Positions 27,901 to 43,100 of a stretch of DNA of 64,000 nt are shown here, in pieces (within the stretch, counting starts at the first letter, position 1; each line of letters begins with the position of its first letter). The position numbers and the translations under genes were made by a program. The stretch comes from Antedon mediterranea. Lineage: Eukaryota; Animalia; Echinodermata. Where the stretch lies: positions 21,439,175 to 21,503,174 of the forward strand of contig NC_092677.1 of the NCBI RefSeq assembly GCF_964355755.1. Reading direction: 5' to 3'. Below the pieces are notes generated by a model. It was not told the DNA's origin and did no database searches. It was given only the letters and a program-made list of their open reading frames with translations.

Positions 27901-30900
27901 TTTTAGACCATTTTGAGCATTTCGAAAAAACTTTTTCACACAAAACATCAAGGTTTACAAAATAGCTTCAAATCGCATTTGGAGACGTTTTAGACCATTT
28001 TGTGATTTTCGAAAAAACTTGTTAACATAAAAACACCAAAGTGCTCAGAATACCTTCAAATCGCATTTTGAGACGTTTTAGACCATTTTGTGATTTTCGA
28101 AAAAACTTGTTAACATAAAAATACCAAAGTGCTCAGAATACCTTCAAATCGTGTTTTAAGACGTTTTAGACCATTTTGTGATTTTCGAAAAAACTTGTTA
28201 ACATAAAAACACCAAAGTGCTCAGAATACCTTCAAATCGCATTTGGAGACGTTTTAGACTATTTTGTGATTTTCGAAAAAACTTGTTAACATAAAAACAC
28301 CAAAGTGCTCAGAAAAGCTTCAAATCGCATTTGGAGACGTTTTAAACCATTTTGTTCATTTCGATGAAACTTGGTTACACAAAAATATCAAAGAGCACAA
28401 AAGTATTTAAAAACGTTTTAGACCATTTTGAGCATTCCGACAAAACTTTTTCACACAAAACATCAAAGTGTACAGAATAGCTTTAAATCGCATTTGGAGA
28501 CGTTTTAGACCATTTTGTAGTTTTCGAAAAAACTTGTTAACATAAAAACACAAAAGAGCTTCAAATCGCATTTGGAGACGTTTTAGACCCTTTTGTGCAT
28601 TTCGATGAAACTTGGTTACACAAAAACATCAAAGTGCTTAAAATCACATTAGAAACCGTTTTAGACCATTTTGAGCATTTCGTTAACACTTTTCATACAA
28701 AAACATCAAAGTCCACAAAATAGCTTAATATCGTATTCAAAAACGTTTTAGACCATTTTGAGCATTTCGAAAAAACTTTTCCACACGAAACATCAAAGTT
28801 TACAAAATAGCTTCAAATCGCATTTGGAGACGTTTTAGACCATTTTGTGATTTTCGAAAAAACTTGATAACATAAAAACACCAAAGTGCTCAGAATACCT
28901 TCAAATCGTGTTTTGAGACGTTTTAGACCATTTTGTAATTTTCGAAAAAACTTGTTAACATAAAAACACCAAAGTGCTCAGAATACCTTCACATCGAATT
29001 TTGAGACGTTTTAGACCATTTTGTGATTTTCGAAAAAACTTGTTAACATAAAAACACCAAAGTGCTTAGAAAAGCTTGAAATCGCATTTGGAGACGTTTT
29101 AGACCATTTTGTGCATTTCGATGAAACTTGGTTACACAAAAACATCAAAGTGCTTAAAATCACATTTTGAGCATTTCGTTAAAACTTTTCACACAAAAAC
29201 ATCAAAGTCCACAAAATAGCTTAATATCGTATTTAAAAACGTTTTAGACCATTTTGAGCATTTCGAAAAAACTTTTCCACACAAAACATCAAAGTTTACA
29301 AAATAGCTTTAAATCGCATTTGGAGACGTTTTAGACCATTTTGTTCATTTCGATGAAACAAAAACACAAAAACATCAAATTGCACAAAATGGCTTAATAT
29401 GATATGGGAAAACGTTTTAGACCATTTTGAACATTTCGTTAAAAGTTTTCACAAAAAAACATCAAAGTCCACAAAATAGCTTAATATCGTATTTAAAAAC
29501 GTTTTAGGCCATTTTGAGCATTTCGAAAAAACTTTTTCACACAAAACATCAAAGTTTACAAAATAGCTTCAAATCGCATTTGGAGACGTTTTAGACCATT
29601 TTGTGATTTTCGAAAAAACTTGTTAACATAAAAACACCAAAGTGCTCAGAATACCTTCAAATCGCATTTTGAGACGTTTTAGACCATTTTGTGATTTTCG
29701 AAAAAACTTGTTAACATAAAAACACCAAAGTGCTCAGAATACCTTCAAATCGTGTTTTGAGACGTTTTAGACCATTTTGTGATTTTGGAAAAACTTGTTA
29801 ACATAAAAACACCAAAGTGCTCAGAATACCTTCAAATCGCATTTGGAGACGTTTTAGACCATTTTGTGATTTTCGAAAAAACTTGTTAACATAAAAACAC
29901 CAAAGTGCTGAGAAAAGCTTCAAATCGCAATTGGAGACGTTTTAAACCATTTTGTTCATTTCGATGAAGCTTGGTTACACAAAAACATCAAATTGCACAA
30001 AATGGCTTAATATGGTATGGGAAAACGTTTTAGACCATTTTGAACATTTCGAGAAAACTTTTTCACACAAAACTTCAAAGTATACAGAATAGCTTCAAAT
30101 CGCATTAGAAACCGTTTTAGACCATTTTGAGCATTTCGAAAAAACTTTTTCACACAAAACATCAAAGTTTACAAAATAGCTTCAAATCGCATTTGGAGAC
30201 GTTTTAGACCATTTTGTGATTTTCGAAAAAACTTGTTAACATAAAAACACCAAAGTGCTCAGAATACCTTAAAATCGCATTTTGAGACGTTTTAGACCAT
30301 TTTGTGATTTTCGAAAAAACTTGTTAACATAAAAATACCAAAGTGCTCAGAATACCTTCAAATCGTGTTTTGAGACGTTTTAAACCATTTTGTGATTTTC
30401 GAAAAAACTTAACATAAAAACACCAAAGTGCTCAGAATACCTTCAAATCGCATTTGGAGACGTTTTAGACCATTTTGTGATTTTCGGAAAAACTTGTTAA
30501 CATAAAAACACCAAAGTGCTCAGAATACCTTCAAATCGTATTTTGAGACGTTTTAGACAATTTTGTGATTTTCGAAAAAACTTGTTAACATAAAAACACC
30601 AAAGTGCTTAGAAAAGCTTAAAAAACGCATTTGGAGACGTTTTAGACCATTTTGTGCATTTCGATGAAACTTGGTTACACAAAAACATCAAAGTGTACAG
30701 AATAGCTTCAAATCGCATTAGAAACCGTTTTAGACCATTTTGAGCATTTCGAAAAAACTTTTTCACACAAAACATAAAAGTGTACAAAATAGCTTCAAAT
30801 CGCATTTGGAGACGTTTTAGACAATTTTGTGATTTTCGAAAAAACTTGTTTACATAAAAACACCAAAGTGCTCAGAATAGCTTCCAATCGCATTTTGAGA

Positions 30901-33900
30901 CGTTTTAGACCCTTTTGTGCATTTCGATGAAACTTGGTAACACAAAAACATCAAAGTGCTTAAAATCACAGTAGAAACCGTTTTAGACCATTTTGAGCAT
31001 TTCGTTAAAATTTTTCACAGAAAAACATCAAAGAGCAAAAAATAGCTTAATATCGTATTTAAAAACGTTTTAGACCATTTTGAGCATTTCGACAAAACTT
31101 TTTCACACAAAACATCAAAGTGTACAGATAAGCTTCAAATCGCATTTGGAGACGTTTTAAACCATTTTGAGCATTTCGATAAAATTTTACACACAAAAAC
31201 ATCAAAGTGCACAAAATAGCTTAATATGGTATTTAAAAACGTTTTAGACCATTTTGAGCATTTCAACAAAACTTTTTCTCACAAAACATCAAGGTGTACA
31301 GAATAGCTTCAAATCGCATTTGGAGACGTTTTAGACCATTTTGTGCATTTCGATGAAACTTGGTTATACAAAAACATCAAAGCAAAACATCAAATTCACA
31401 TTTTGAGCATTTCGTTAAAACTTTTCACACAAAAACATCAAAGTCCACAAAATAGCTTAATATCGTATTTAAAAACGTTTTAGACCATTTTGAGAATTTC
31501 GAAAAAACTTTTTCACACAAAACATCAAAGTTTACAAAATAGCTTCAAATCGCATTTGGAGACGTTTTAGACCATTTTGTGATTTTCGAAAAAACTTGTT
31601 AACATAAAAACACCAAAGTGCTTAGAAAAGCTTCAAATCGCATTTGGAGACGTTTTAGACCATTTTTTGCATTTCGATGAAACTTGGTTACAAAAAAACA
31701 TCAAAGTGCTTAAAATCACATTTTGAGCATTTCGTTAAAACTTTTCACACAAAAACATCAAAGTCCACAAAATAGCTTAATATCGTATTTAAAAACGTTT
31801 TAGACCATTTTGAGCATTTCGAAAAAACTTTTCCACACAAAACATCAAAGTTTACAAAATAGCTTCAAATCGCATTTGGAGACGTTTTAGACCATTTTGT
31901 GATTTTCGAAAAAACTTGTTAACATAAAAACACCAAAGTGCTCAGAATACCTTCAAATCGTGTTTTGAGACGTTTTAGACCATTTTGTGATTTTCGAAAA
32001 AACTTAACATAAAAACACCAAAGTGCTCAGAATACCTTCAAATCGCATTTGGAGACGTTTTAGACCATTTTGTGATTTTGGAAAAAACTTGTTAACATAA
32101 AAACACCAAAGTGCTTAGAAAAGCTTCAAATCGCATTTGGAGACGTTTTAGACCCTTTTGTGCATTTCGATGAAACTTGGTTACACAAAAACATCAAAGT
32201 GCTTAAAATCACAGTAGAAACCGTTTTAGACCATTTTGAGCATTTCGTTAAAATTTTTCACAGAAAAACATCAAAGAGCTTAATATCGTATTTAAAAACG
32301 TTTTAGACCATTTTGAGCATTTCGACAAAACTTTTTCACACAAAACATCAAAGTGTACAGATAAGCTTCAAATCGCATTTGGAGACGTTTTAAACCATTT
32401 TGAGCATTTCGATAAAATTTTACACACAAAAACATCAAAGTGCACAAAATAGCTTAATATGGTATTTAAAAACGTTTTAGACCATTTTGAGCATTTCAAC
32501 AAAACTTTTTCTCACAAAACATCAAAGTGTACAGAATAGCTTCAAATCGCATTTGGAGACGTTTTAGACCATTTTGTGCATTTCGATGAAACTTGGTTAC
32601 ACAAAAACATCAAAGTGCTTAAAATCACATTTTGAGCATTTCGTTAAAACTTTTCACACAAAAACATCAAAGTCCACAAAATAGCTTAATATCTTATTTA
32701 AAAACGTTTTAGACCATTTTGAGCATTTCGAAAAAACTTTTTCACACAAAACATCAAAGTTTACAAAATAGCTTCAAATCGCATTTGGAGACGTTTTAGA
32801 CCATTTTGTGATTTTCGAAAAAACTTGTTAACATAAAAACACCAAAGTGCTCAGAATACCTTCAAATCGCATTTGGAGACGTTTTAGACCATTTTGTGAT
32901 TTTCGAAAAAACTTGTTAACATAAAAACACCAAAGTGCTTAGAAAAGCTTCAAATCGCATTTGGAGATGTTTTAGACCATTTTGTGCATTTCGATGAAAC
33001 TTGGTTACACAAAAACATCAAAGTGCTTAAAATCACATTTTGAGCATTTCGTTAAAACTTTTCACACAAAAACATCAAAGTCCACAAAATAGCTTAATAT
33101 CGTATTTAAAAACGTTTTAGACCATTTTGAGCATTTCGAAAAAACTTTTCCACAGAAAACATCAAAGTTTACAAAATAGCTTCAAATCGCATTTGGAGAC
33201 GTTTTAGACCATTTTGTGATTTTCGAAAAAACTTGTTAACATAAAAACACCAAAGTGCTCAGAATACCTTCAAATCGTGTTTTGAGACGTTTTAGACCAT
33301 TTTGTAATTTTCGAAAAAACTTGTTAACATAAAAACACCAAAGTGCTCAGAATACCTTCACATCGCATTTTGAGACGTTTTAGACCATTTTGTGATTTTC
33401 GAAAAAACTTGTTAACATAAAAACACCAAAGTGCTTAGAAAAGCTTGAAATCGCATTTGGAGACGTTTTAGACCATTTTGTGCATTTCGATGAAACTTGG
33501 TTACACAAAAACATCAAAGTGCTTAAAATCACATTTTGAGCATTTCGTTAAAACTTTTCACACAAAAACATCAAAGAGTAATAAATAGCTTAATATCGTA
33601 TTTAAAAACGTTTTAGACCATTTTGAGCATTTCGACAAAATTTTTTCAAACAAAACATCAAAGTGTACAGAATAGCTTTAAATCGCATTTGGAGACGTTT
33701 TAGACCATTTTGTTCATTTCGATGAAACAAAAACACAAAAACATCAAATTGCACAAAATGGCTTAATATGATATGGGAAAACGTTTTAGACCATTTTGAA
33801 CATTTCGTTAAAAGTTTTCACACAAAAACATCAAAGTCCACAAAATAGCTTAATATCGTATTCAAAAACGTTTTAGACCATTTTGAGCATTTCGAAAAAA

Positions 33901-36900
33901 CTTTTCCACACGAAACATCAAAGTTTACAAAATAGCTTCAAATCGCATTTGGAGACGTTATAGACCATTTTGTGATTTTCGAAAAAACTTGTTAACATAA
34001 AAACACCAAAGTGCTCAGAATACCTTCAAATCGCATTTTGAGACGTTTTAGACCATTTTGTGATTTTCGAAAAAACTTGTTAACATAAAAACACCAAAGT
34101 GCTCAGAATACCTTCAAATCGCATTTGGAGACGTTTTAGACCATTTTGAAATTTTCGTAAAAACTTGTTAACATAAAAACACCAAAGTGCTTAGAAAAGT
34201 TTCAAATCGCATTTGGAGACGTTTTAGACCATTTTGTTCATTTCGATGAAACTTGGTTACACAAAAACATCAAATTGCACAAAATGGCTTAATATGGTAT
34301 GGGAAAACGTTTTAGACCATTTTGAACATTTCGAGAAAACTTTTTCACACAAAACTTCAAAGTGTACAGAATAGCTTCAAATCGCATTAGAAACCGTTTT
34401 AGACCATTTTGAGCATTTCGAAAAAACTTTTTCACACAAAACATCAAAGTTTACAAAATAGCTTCAAATCACATTTGGAGACGTTTTAGACCATTTTGTG
34501 ATTTTCAAAAAAACTTGTTAACATAAAAACACCAAAGTGCTCAGGATACCTTCAAATCGCATTTTGAGACGTTTTAGACCATTTTGTGATTTTCGGAAAA
34601 ACTTGTTAACATAAAAACACCAAAGTGCTCAGAATACCTTCAAATCGTATTTTGAGACGTTTTAGACAATTTTGTGATTTTCGAAAAAACTTGTTAACAT
34701 AAAAACACCAAAGTGCTCAGAATACCTTCAAATCGTATTTTGAGACGTTTTAGACAATTTTGTGATTTTCGAAAAAACTTGTTAACATAAAAACACCAAA
34801 GTGCTTAGAAAAGCTTCAAATCGCATTTGGAGACGTTTTAGACCATTTTGTGCATTTCGAAGAAACTTGGTTACACAAAAACATCAAAGTGTACAGAATA
34901 GCTTCAAATCGCATTAGAAACCGTTTTAGACCATTTTGAGCATTTCGAAAAAACTTTTTCACACAAAACATCAAAGTGTACAAAATAGCTTCAAATCGCA
35001 TTTGGAGACGTTTTAGACAATTTTGTGATTTTCGAAAAAACTTGTTTACATAAAAACACCAAAGTGCTCAGAATAGCTTCCAATCGCATTTTGAGACGTT
35101 TTAGACCCTTTTGTGCATTTCGATGAAACTTGGTTACACAAAAACATCAAAGTGCTTAAAATCACAGTAGAAACCGTTTTAGACCATTTTGAGCATTTCG
35201 TTAAAATTTTTCACAGAAAAACATCAAAGAGCAAAAAATAGCTTAATATCGTATTTAAAAACGTTTTAGACCATTTTGAGCATTTCGACAAAACTTTTTC
35301 ACACAAAACATCAAAGTGTACAGATAAGCTTCAAATCGCATTTGGAGACGTTTTAAACCATTTTGAGCATTTCGATAAAATTTTACACACAAAAACATCA
35401 AAGTGCACAAAATAGCTTAATATGGTATTTAAAAACGTTTTAGACCATTTTGAGCATTTCAACAAAACTTTTTCTCACAAAACATCAAAGTGTACAGAAT
35501 AGCTTCAAATCGCATTTGGAGACGTTTTAGACCATTTTGTGCATTTCGATGAAACTTGGTTACACAAAAACATCAAAGTGCTTAAATTCACATTTTGAGA
35601 ATTTCGTTAAAACTTTTCACACAAAAACATCAAAGTCCACAAAATAGCTTAATATCGTATTTAAAAACGTTTTAGACCATTTTGAGAATTTCGAAAAAAC
35701 TTTTTCACACAAAACATCAAAGTTTACAAAATAGCTTCAAATCGCATTTGGAGACGTTTTAGACCATTTTGTGATTTTCGAAAAAACTTGTTAACATAAA
35801 AACACCAAAGTGCTCAGAATACCTTCAAATCGCATTTGGAGACGTTTTAGACCATTTTGTGATTTTCGAAAAAACTTGTTAACATAAAAACACCAAAGTG
35901 CTTAGAAAAGCTTCAAATCGCATTTGGAGACGTTTTAGACCATTTTTTGCATTTCGATGAAACTTGGTTACACAAAAACATCAAAGTGCTTAAAATCACA
36001 TTTTGAGCATTTCGTTAAAACTTTTCACACAAAAACATCAAAGTCCACAAAATAGCTTAATATCGTATTTAAAAACGTTTTAGACCATTTTGAGCATTTC
36101 GAAAAAACTTTTCCACACAAAACATCAAAGTTTACAAAATAGCTTCAAATCGCATTTGGAGACGTTTTAGACCATTTTGTGATTTTCGAAAAAACTTGTT
36201 AACATAAAAACACCAAAGTGCTCAGAATACCTTCAAATCGTGTTTTGAGACGTTTTAGACCATTTTGTAATTTTCGAAAAAACTTGTTAACATAAAAACA
36301 CCAAAGTGCTCAGAAAACCTTCACATCGCATTTTGAGACGTTTTAGACCATTTTGTGATTTTCGAAAAAACTTGTTAACATAAAAACACCAAAGTGCTTA
36401 GAAAAGCTTGAAATCGCATTTGGAGACGTTTTAGACCATTTTGTGCATTTCGATGAAACTTGGTTACACAAAAACATCAAAGTGCTTAAAATCACATTAG
36501 AAACCGTTTTAGACCATTTTGAGCATTTCGTTAAAACTTTTCACACAAAAACATCAAAGTCCACAAAATAGCTTAATATCGTATTTAAAAACGTTTTAGA
36601 CCATTTTGAGCATTTCGAAAAAACTTTTCCACACAAAACATCAAAGTTTACAAAATAGCTTCAAATCGCATTTGGAGACGTTTTAGACCATTTTGTGATT
36701 TTCGAAAAAACTTGTTAACATAAAAACACCAAAGTGCTCAGAATACCTTCAAACCGTATTTTGAGACGTTTTAGACAATTTTGTGATTTTCGAAAAAACT
36801 TGCTAACATAAAAACACCAAAGTGCTTAGAAAAGCTTCATATCGCATTTGGAGACGTTTTAGACCATTTTGTGCATTTCGATGAAACTTGGTTACACAAA

Positions 36901-39900
36901 AACATCAAAGTGCTTAAAATCACTTTTTGAGCATTTCGTTAAAACTTTTCACACAAAAACATCAAAGAGCAAAAAATAGCTTAATATCGTATTTAAAAAC
37001 GTTTTAGACCATTTTGAGCATTTCGACAAAACTTTTTCACACAAAACATCAAAGTGTACAAAATAGCTTCAAATCGCATTTGGAGACGTTTTAGACAATT
37101 TTGTGATTTTCGAAAAAACTTGTTTACATAAAAACACCAAAGTGCTAAGAATAGCTTCCAATCGCATTTGGAGACGTTTTAGACCCTTTTGTGCATTTCG
37201 ATGAAACTTGGTTACACAAAAACATCAAAGTGCTTAAAATCACATTAGAAACCGTTTTAGAACATTTTGAGCATTTCGTTAAAATTTTTCACAGAAAAAC
37301 ATCAAAGAGCAAAAAATAGCTTAATATCGTATTTAAAAACGTTTTAGACCATTTTGAGCATTTCGACAAAACTTTTTCACACAAAACAACAAAGTGTACA
37401 GAATAGCTTCAAATCGCATTTGGAGACGTTTTAACCCATTTTGAGCATTTCGATAAAATTTTACACACAAAAACATCAAAGTGCACAAAATAGCTTAATA
37501 TGGTATTTAAAAACGTTTTAGACCATTTTGAGCATTTCAACAAAACTTTTTCTCACAAAACATCAAAGTGTACAGAATAGCTTCAAATCGCATTTGGAGA
37601 CGTTTTAGACCATTTTGTGCATTTCGATGAAACTTGGTTACACAAAAACATCAAAGTGCTTAAAATCACATTTTGAGCATTTCGTTAAAACTTTTCACAC
37701 AAAAACATCAAAGTCCACAAAATAGCTTAATATCGTATTTAAAAACGTTATAGACCATTTTGAGCATTTCGAAAAAACTTTTCCACACAAAACACCAAAG
37801 TGCTCAGAATACCTTCAAATCGCATTTGGAGACGTTTTAGACCCTTTTGTGCATTTCGATGAAACTTGGTTACACAAAAACATCAAAGTGCTTAAAATCA
37901 CATTAGAAACCGTTTTAGACCATTTTGAGCATTTCGTTAAAATTTTTCACAGAAAAACATCAAAGAGCAAAAAATAGCTTAATATCGTATTTAAAAACGT
38001 TTTAGACCATTTTGAGCATTTCGACAAAACTTTTTCACACAAAACATCAAAGTGTACAGAATAGCTTCAAATCGCATTTGGAGACGTTTTAACCCATTTT
38101 GAGCATTTCGATAAAATTTTACACACAAAAACATCAAAGTGCACAAAATAGCTTAATATGGTATTTAAAAACGTTTTAGACCATTTTGAGCATTTCAACA
38201 AAACTTTTTCTCACAAAACATCAAAGTGTACAGAATAGCTTCAAATCGCATTTGGAGACATTTTAGACCATTTTGTGCATTTCGATGAAACTTGGTTACA
38301 CAAAAACATCAAAGTGCTTAAAATCACATTTTGAGCATTTCGTTAAAACTTTTCACACAAAAACATCAAAGTCCACAAAATAGCTTAATATCGTATTTAA
38401 AAACGTTTTAGACCATTTTGAGCATTTCGAAAAAACTTTTCCACACAAAACATCAAAGTTTACAAAATAGCTTCAAATCGCATTTGGAGACGTTTTAGAC
38501 CATTTTGTGATTTTCGAAAAAAACTTGTTAACAAAAAAACACCAAAGTGCTCAGAATACCTTCAAATCGTGTTTTGAGACGTTTTAGACCATTTTGTAAT
38601 TTTCGAAAAAACTTGTTAACATAAAAACACCAAAGTGCTCAGAATACCTTCACATCGCATTTTGAGACGTTTTAGACCATTTTGTGATTTTCGAAAAAAC
38701 TTGTTAACATAAAAACACCAAAGTGCTTAGAAAAGCTTGAAATCGCATTTGGAGACGTTTTAGACCATTTTGTGAATTTCGATGAAACTTGGTTAAAGTG
38801 CTTAAAATCACATTTTGAGCATTTCGTTAAAACTTTTCACACAAAAACATCAAAGAGTAAAAAATAGCTTAATATCGTATTTAAAAACGTTTTAGACCAT
38901 TTTGAGCATTTCGACAAAATTTTTTCACACAAAACATCAAAGTGTACAGAATAGCTTTAAATCGCATTTGGAGACGTTTTAGACCATTTTGTTCATTTCG
39001 ATGAAACAAAAACACAAAAACATCAAATTGCACAAAATGGCTTAATATGATATGGGAAAACGTTTTAGACCATTTTGAACATTTCGTTAAAAGTTTTCAC
39101 AAAAAAACATCAAAGTCCACAAAATAGCTTAATATCGTATTTAAAAACGTTTTAGACCATTTTGAGCATTTCGAAAAAACTTTTTCACACAAAACATCAA
39201 AGTTTACAAAATAGCTTCAAATCGCATTTGGAGACGTTTTAGACCATTTTGTGATTTTCGAAAAAACTTGTTAACATAAAAACACCAAAGTGCTCAGAAT
39301 ACCTTCAAATCGCATTTTGAGACGTTTTAGACCATTTTGTGATTTTCGAAAAAACTTGTTAACATAAAAACACCAAAGTGCTCAGAATACCTTCAAATCG
39401 TGTTTTGAGACGTTTTAGACCATTTTGTGATTTTGGAAAAACTTGTTAACATAAAAACACCAAAGTGCTCAGAATACCTTCAAATCGCATTTGGAGACGT
39501 TTTAGACCATTTTGTGATTTTCGAAAAAACTTGTTAACATAAAAACACCAAAGTGCTCAGAAAAGCTTCAAATCGCAATTGGAGACGTTTTAAACCATTT
39601 TGTTCATTTCGATGAAACTTGGTTACACAAAAACATCAAATTGCACAAAATGGCTTTATATTGTATGGGAAAACGTTTTAGACCATTTTGAACATTTCGA
39701 GAAAACTTTTTCACACAAAACTTCAAAGTGTACAGAATAGCTTCAAATCGCATTAGAAACCGTTTTAGACCATTTTGAGCATTTCGAAAAAACTTTTTCA
39801 CACAAAACATCAAGGTTTACAAAATAGCTTCAAATCGCATTTGGAGACGTTTTAGACCATTTTGTGATTTTCGAAAAAACTTGTTAACATAAAAACACCA

Positions 39901-40170
39901 AAGTGCTCAGAATACCTTCAAATCGCATTTTGAGACGTTTTAGACCATTTTGTGATTTTCGAAAAAACTTGTTAACATAAAAATACCAAAGTGCTCAGAA
40001 TACCTTCAAATCGTGTTTTAAGACGTTTTAGACCATTTTGTGATTTTCGAAAAAACTTGTTAACATAAAAACACCAAAGTGCTCAGAATACCTTCAAATC
40101 GCATTTGGAGACGTTTTAGACCATTTTGTGATTTTCGAAAAAACTTGTTAACATAAAAACACCAAAGTGC
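18910..40170. repeat. Tandem duplication of about 11.5 kb (copy 1 about 18910-30460, copy 2 about 30460-40170, truncated)
   Basis: The offset is 11548 (ttttcggaaa 18931/30479; ORFs 19060/30608), then 11542 after +4 and -10 indels (ORFs 23274/34816), then 11862 after a 320-bp four-monomer difference (ORFs 27742/39604; deletion marker 26930/38792). Confidence 0.85.
19231..21150. repeat. Copy of window positions 1-1920 (offset 19230)
   Basis: Shared variants: tcaaggtgta (511/19741), cttggttata (581/19811), cttaacataa (1221/20451). Confidence 0.85.
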
Positions 40171-43100
40171 TCAGAATACCTTCAAATCGTGTTTTGAGAC
40201 GTTTTAGACCATTTTGTAATTTTCGAAAAAACTTGTTAACATAAAAACACCAAAGTGCTCAGAAAACCTTCACATCGCATTTTGAGACGTTTTAGACCAT
40301 TTTGTGATTTTCGAAAAAACTTGTTAACATAAAAACACCAAAGTGCTTAGAAAAGCTTGAAATCGCATTTGGAGACGTTTTAGACCATTTTGTGCATTTC
40401 GATGAAACTTGGTTACACAAAAACATCAAAGTGCTTAAAATCACATTAGAAACCGTTTTAGACCATTTTGAGCATTTCGTTAAAACTTTTCACACAAAAA
40501 CATCAAAGTCCACAAAATAGCTTAATATCGTATTTAAAAACGTTTTAGACCATTTTGAGCATTTCGAAAAAACTTTTCCACACAAAACATCAAAGTTTAC
40601 AAAATAGCTTTAAATCGCATTTGGAGACGTTTTAGACCATTTTGTTCATTTCGATGAAACAAAAACACAAAAACATCAAATTGCACAAAATGGCTTAATA
40701 TGATATGGGAAAACGTTTTAGACCATTTTGAACATTTCGTTAAAAGTTTTCACAAAAAAACATCAAAGTCCACAAAATAGCTTAATATCGTATTTAAAAA
40801 CGTTTTAGGCCATTTTGAGCATTTCGAAAAAACTTTTTCACACAAAACATCAAAGTTTACAAAATAGCTTCAAATCGCATTTGGAGACGTTTTAGACCAT
40901 TTTGTGATTTTCGAAAAAACTTGTTAACATAAAAACACCAAAGTGCTCAGAATACCTTCAAATCGCATTTTGAGACGTTTTAGACCTTTTTGTGATTTTC
41001 GAAAAAACTTGTTAACATAAAAACACCAAAGTGCTCAGAATACCTTCAAATCGTGTTTTGAGACGTTTTAGACCATTTTGTGATTTTGGAAAAACTTGTT
41101 AACATAAAAACACCAAAGTGCTCAGAATACCTTCAAATCGCATTTGGAGACGTTTTAAACCATTTTGTTCATTTCGATGAAACTTGGTTACACAAAAATA
41201 TCAAAGAGCACAAAAGTATTTAAAAACGTTTTAGACCATTTTGAGCATTCCGACAAAACTTTTTCACACAAAACATCAAAGTGTACAGAATAGCTTTAAA
41301 TCGCATTTGGAGACGTTTTAGACCATTTTGTAGTTTTCGAAAAAACTTGTTAACATAAAAACACAAAAGAGCTTCAAATCGCATTTGGAGACGTTTTAGA
41401 CCCTTTTGTGCATTTCGATGAAACTTGGTTACACAAAAACATCAAAGTGCTTAAAATCACATTAGAAACCGTTTTAGACCATTTTGAGCATTTCGTTAAA
41501 ACTTTTCATACAAAAACATCAAAGTCCACAAAATAGCTTAATATCGTATTCAAAAACGTTTTAGACCATTTTGAGCATTTCGAAAAAACTTTTCCACACG
41601 AAACATCAAAGTTTACAAAATAGCTTCAAATCGCATTTGGAGACGTTTTAGACCATTTTGTGATTTTCGAAAAAACTTGATAACATAAAAACACCAAAGT
41701 GCTCAGAATACCTTCAAATCGTGTTTTGAGACGTTTTAGACCATTTTGTAATTTTCGAAAAAACTTGTTAACATAAAAACACCAAAGTGCTCAGAATACC
41801 TTCACATCGAATTTTGAGACGTTTTAGACCATTTTGTGATTTTCGAAAAAACTTGTTAACATAAAAACACCAAAGTGCTTAGAAAAGCTTGAAATCGCAT
41901 TTGGAGACGTTTTAGACCATTTTGTGCATTTCGATGAAACTTGGTTACACAAAAACATCAAAGTGCTTAAATTCACATTTTGAGAATTTCGTTAAAACTT
42001 TTCACACAAAAACATCAAAGTCCACAAAATAGCTTAATATCGTATTTAAAAACGTTTTAGACCATTTTGAGAATTTCGAAAAAACTTTTTCACACAAAAC
42101 ATCAAAGTTTACAAAATAGCTTCAAATCGCATTTGGAGACGTTTTAGACCATTTTGTGATTTTCGAAAAAACTTGTTAACATAAAAACACCAAAGTGCTC
42201 AGAATACCTTCAAATCGCATTTGGAGACGTTTTAGACCATTTTGTGATTTTCGAAAAAACTTGTTAACATAAAAACACCAAAGTGCTTAGAAAAGCTTCA
42301 AATCGCATTTGGAGACGTTTTAGACCATTTTTTGCATTTCGATGAAACTTGGTTACACAAAAACATCAAAGTGCTTAAAATCACATTTTGAGCATTTCGT
42401 TAAAACTTTTCACACAAAAACATCAAAGTCCACAAAATAGCTTAATATCGTATTTAAAAACGTTTTAGACCATTTTGAGCATTTCGAAAAAACTTTTCCA
42501 CACAAAACATCAAAGTTTACAAAATAGCTTCAAATCGCATTTGGAGACGTTTTAGACCATTTTGTGATTTTCGAAAAAACTTGTTAACATAAAAACACCA
42601 AAGTGCTCAGAATACCTTCAAATCGTGTTTTGAGACGTTTTAGACCATTTTGTAATTTTCGAAAAAACTTGTTAACATAAAAACACCAAAGTGCTCAGAA
42701 AACCTTCACATCGCATTTTGAGACGTTTTAGACCATTTTGTGATTTTCGAAAAAACTTGTTAACATAAAAACACCAAAGTGCTTAGAAAAGCTTGAAATC
42801 GCATTTGGAGACGTTTTAGACCATTTTGTGCATTTCGATGAAACTTGGTTACACAAAAACATCAAAGTGCTTAAAATCACATTAGAAACCGTTTTAGACC
42901 ATTTTGAGCATTTCGTTAAAACTTTTCACACAAAAACATCAAAGTCCACAAAATAGCTTAATATCGTATTTAAAAACGTTTTAGACCATTTTGAGCATTT
43001 CGAAAAAACTTTTCCACACAAAACATCAAAGTTTACAAAATAGCTTCAAATCGCATTTGGAGACGTTTTAGACCATTTTGTGATTTTCGAAAAAACTTGT

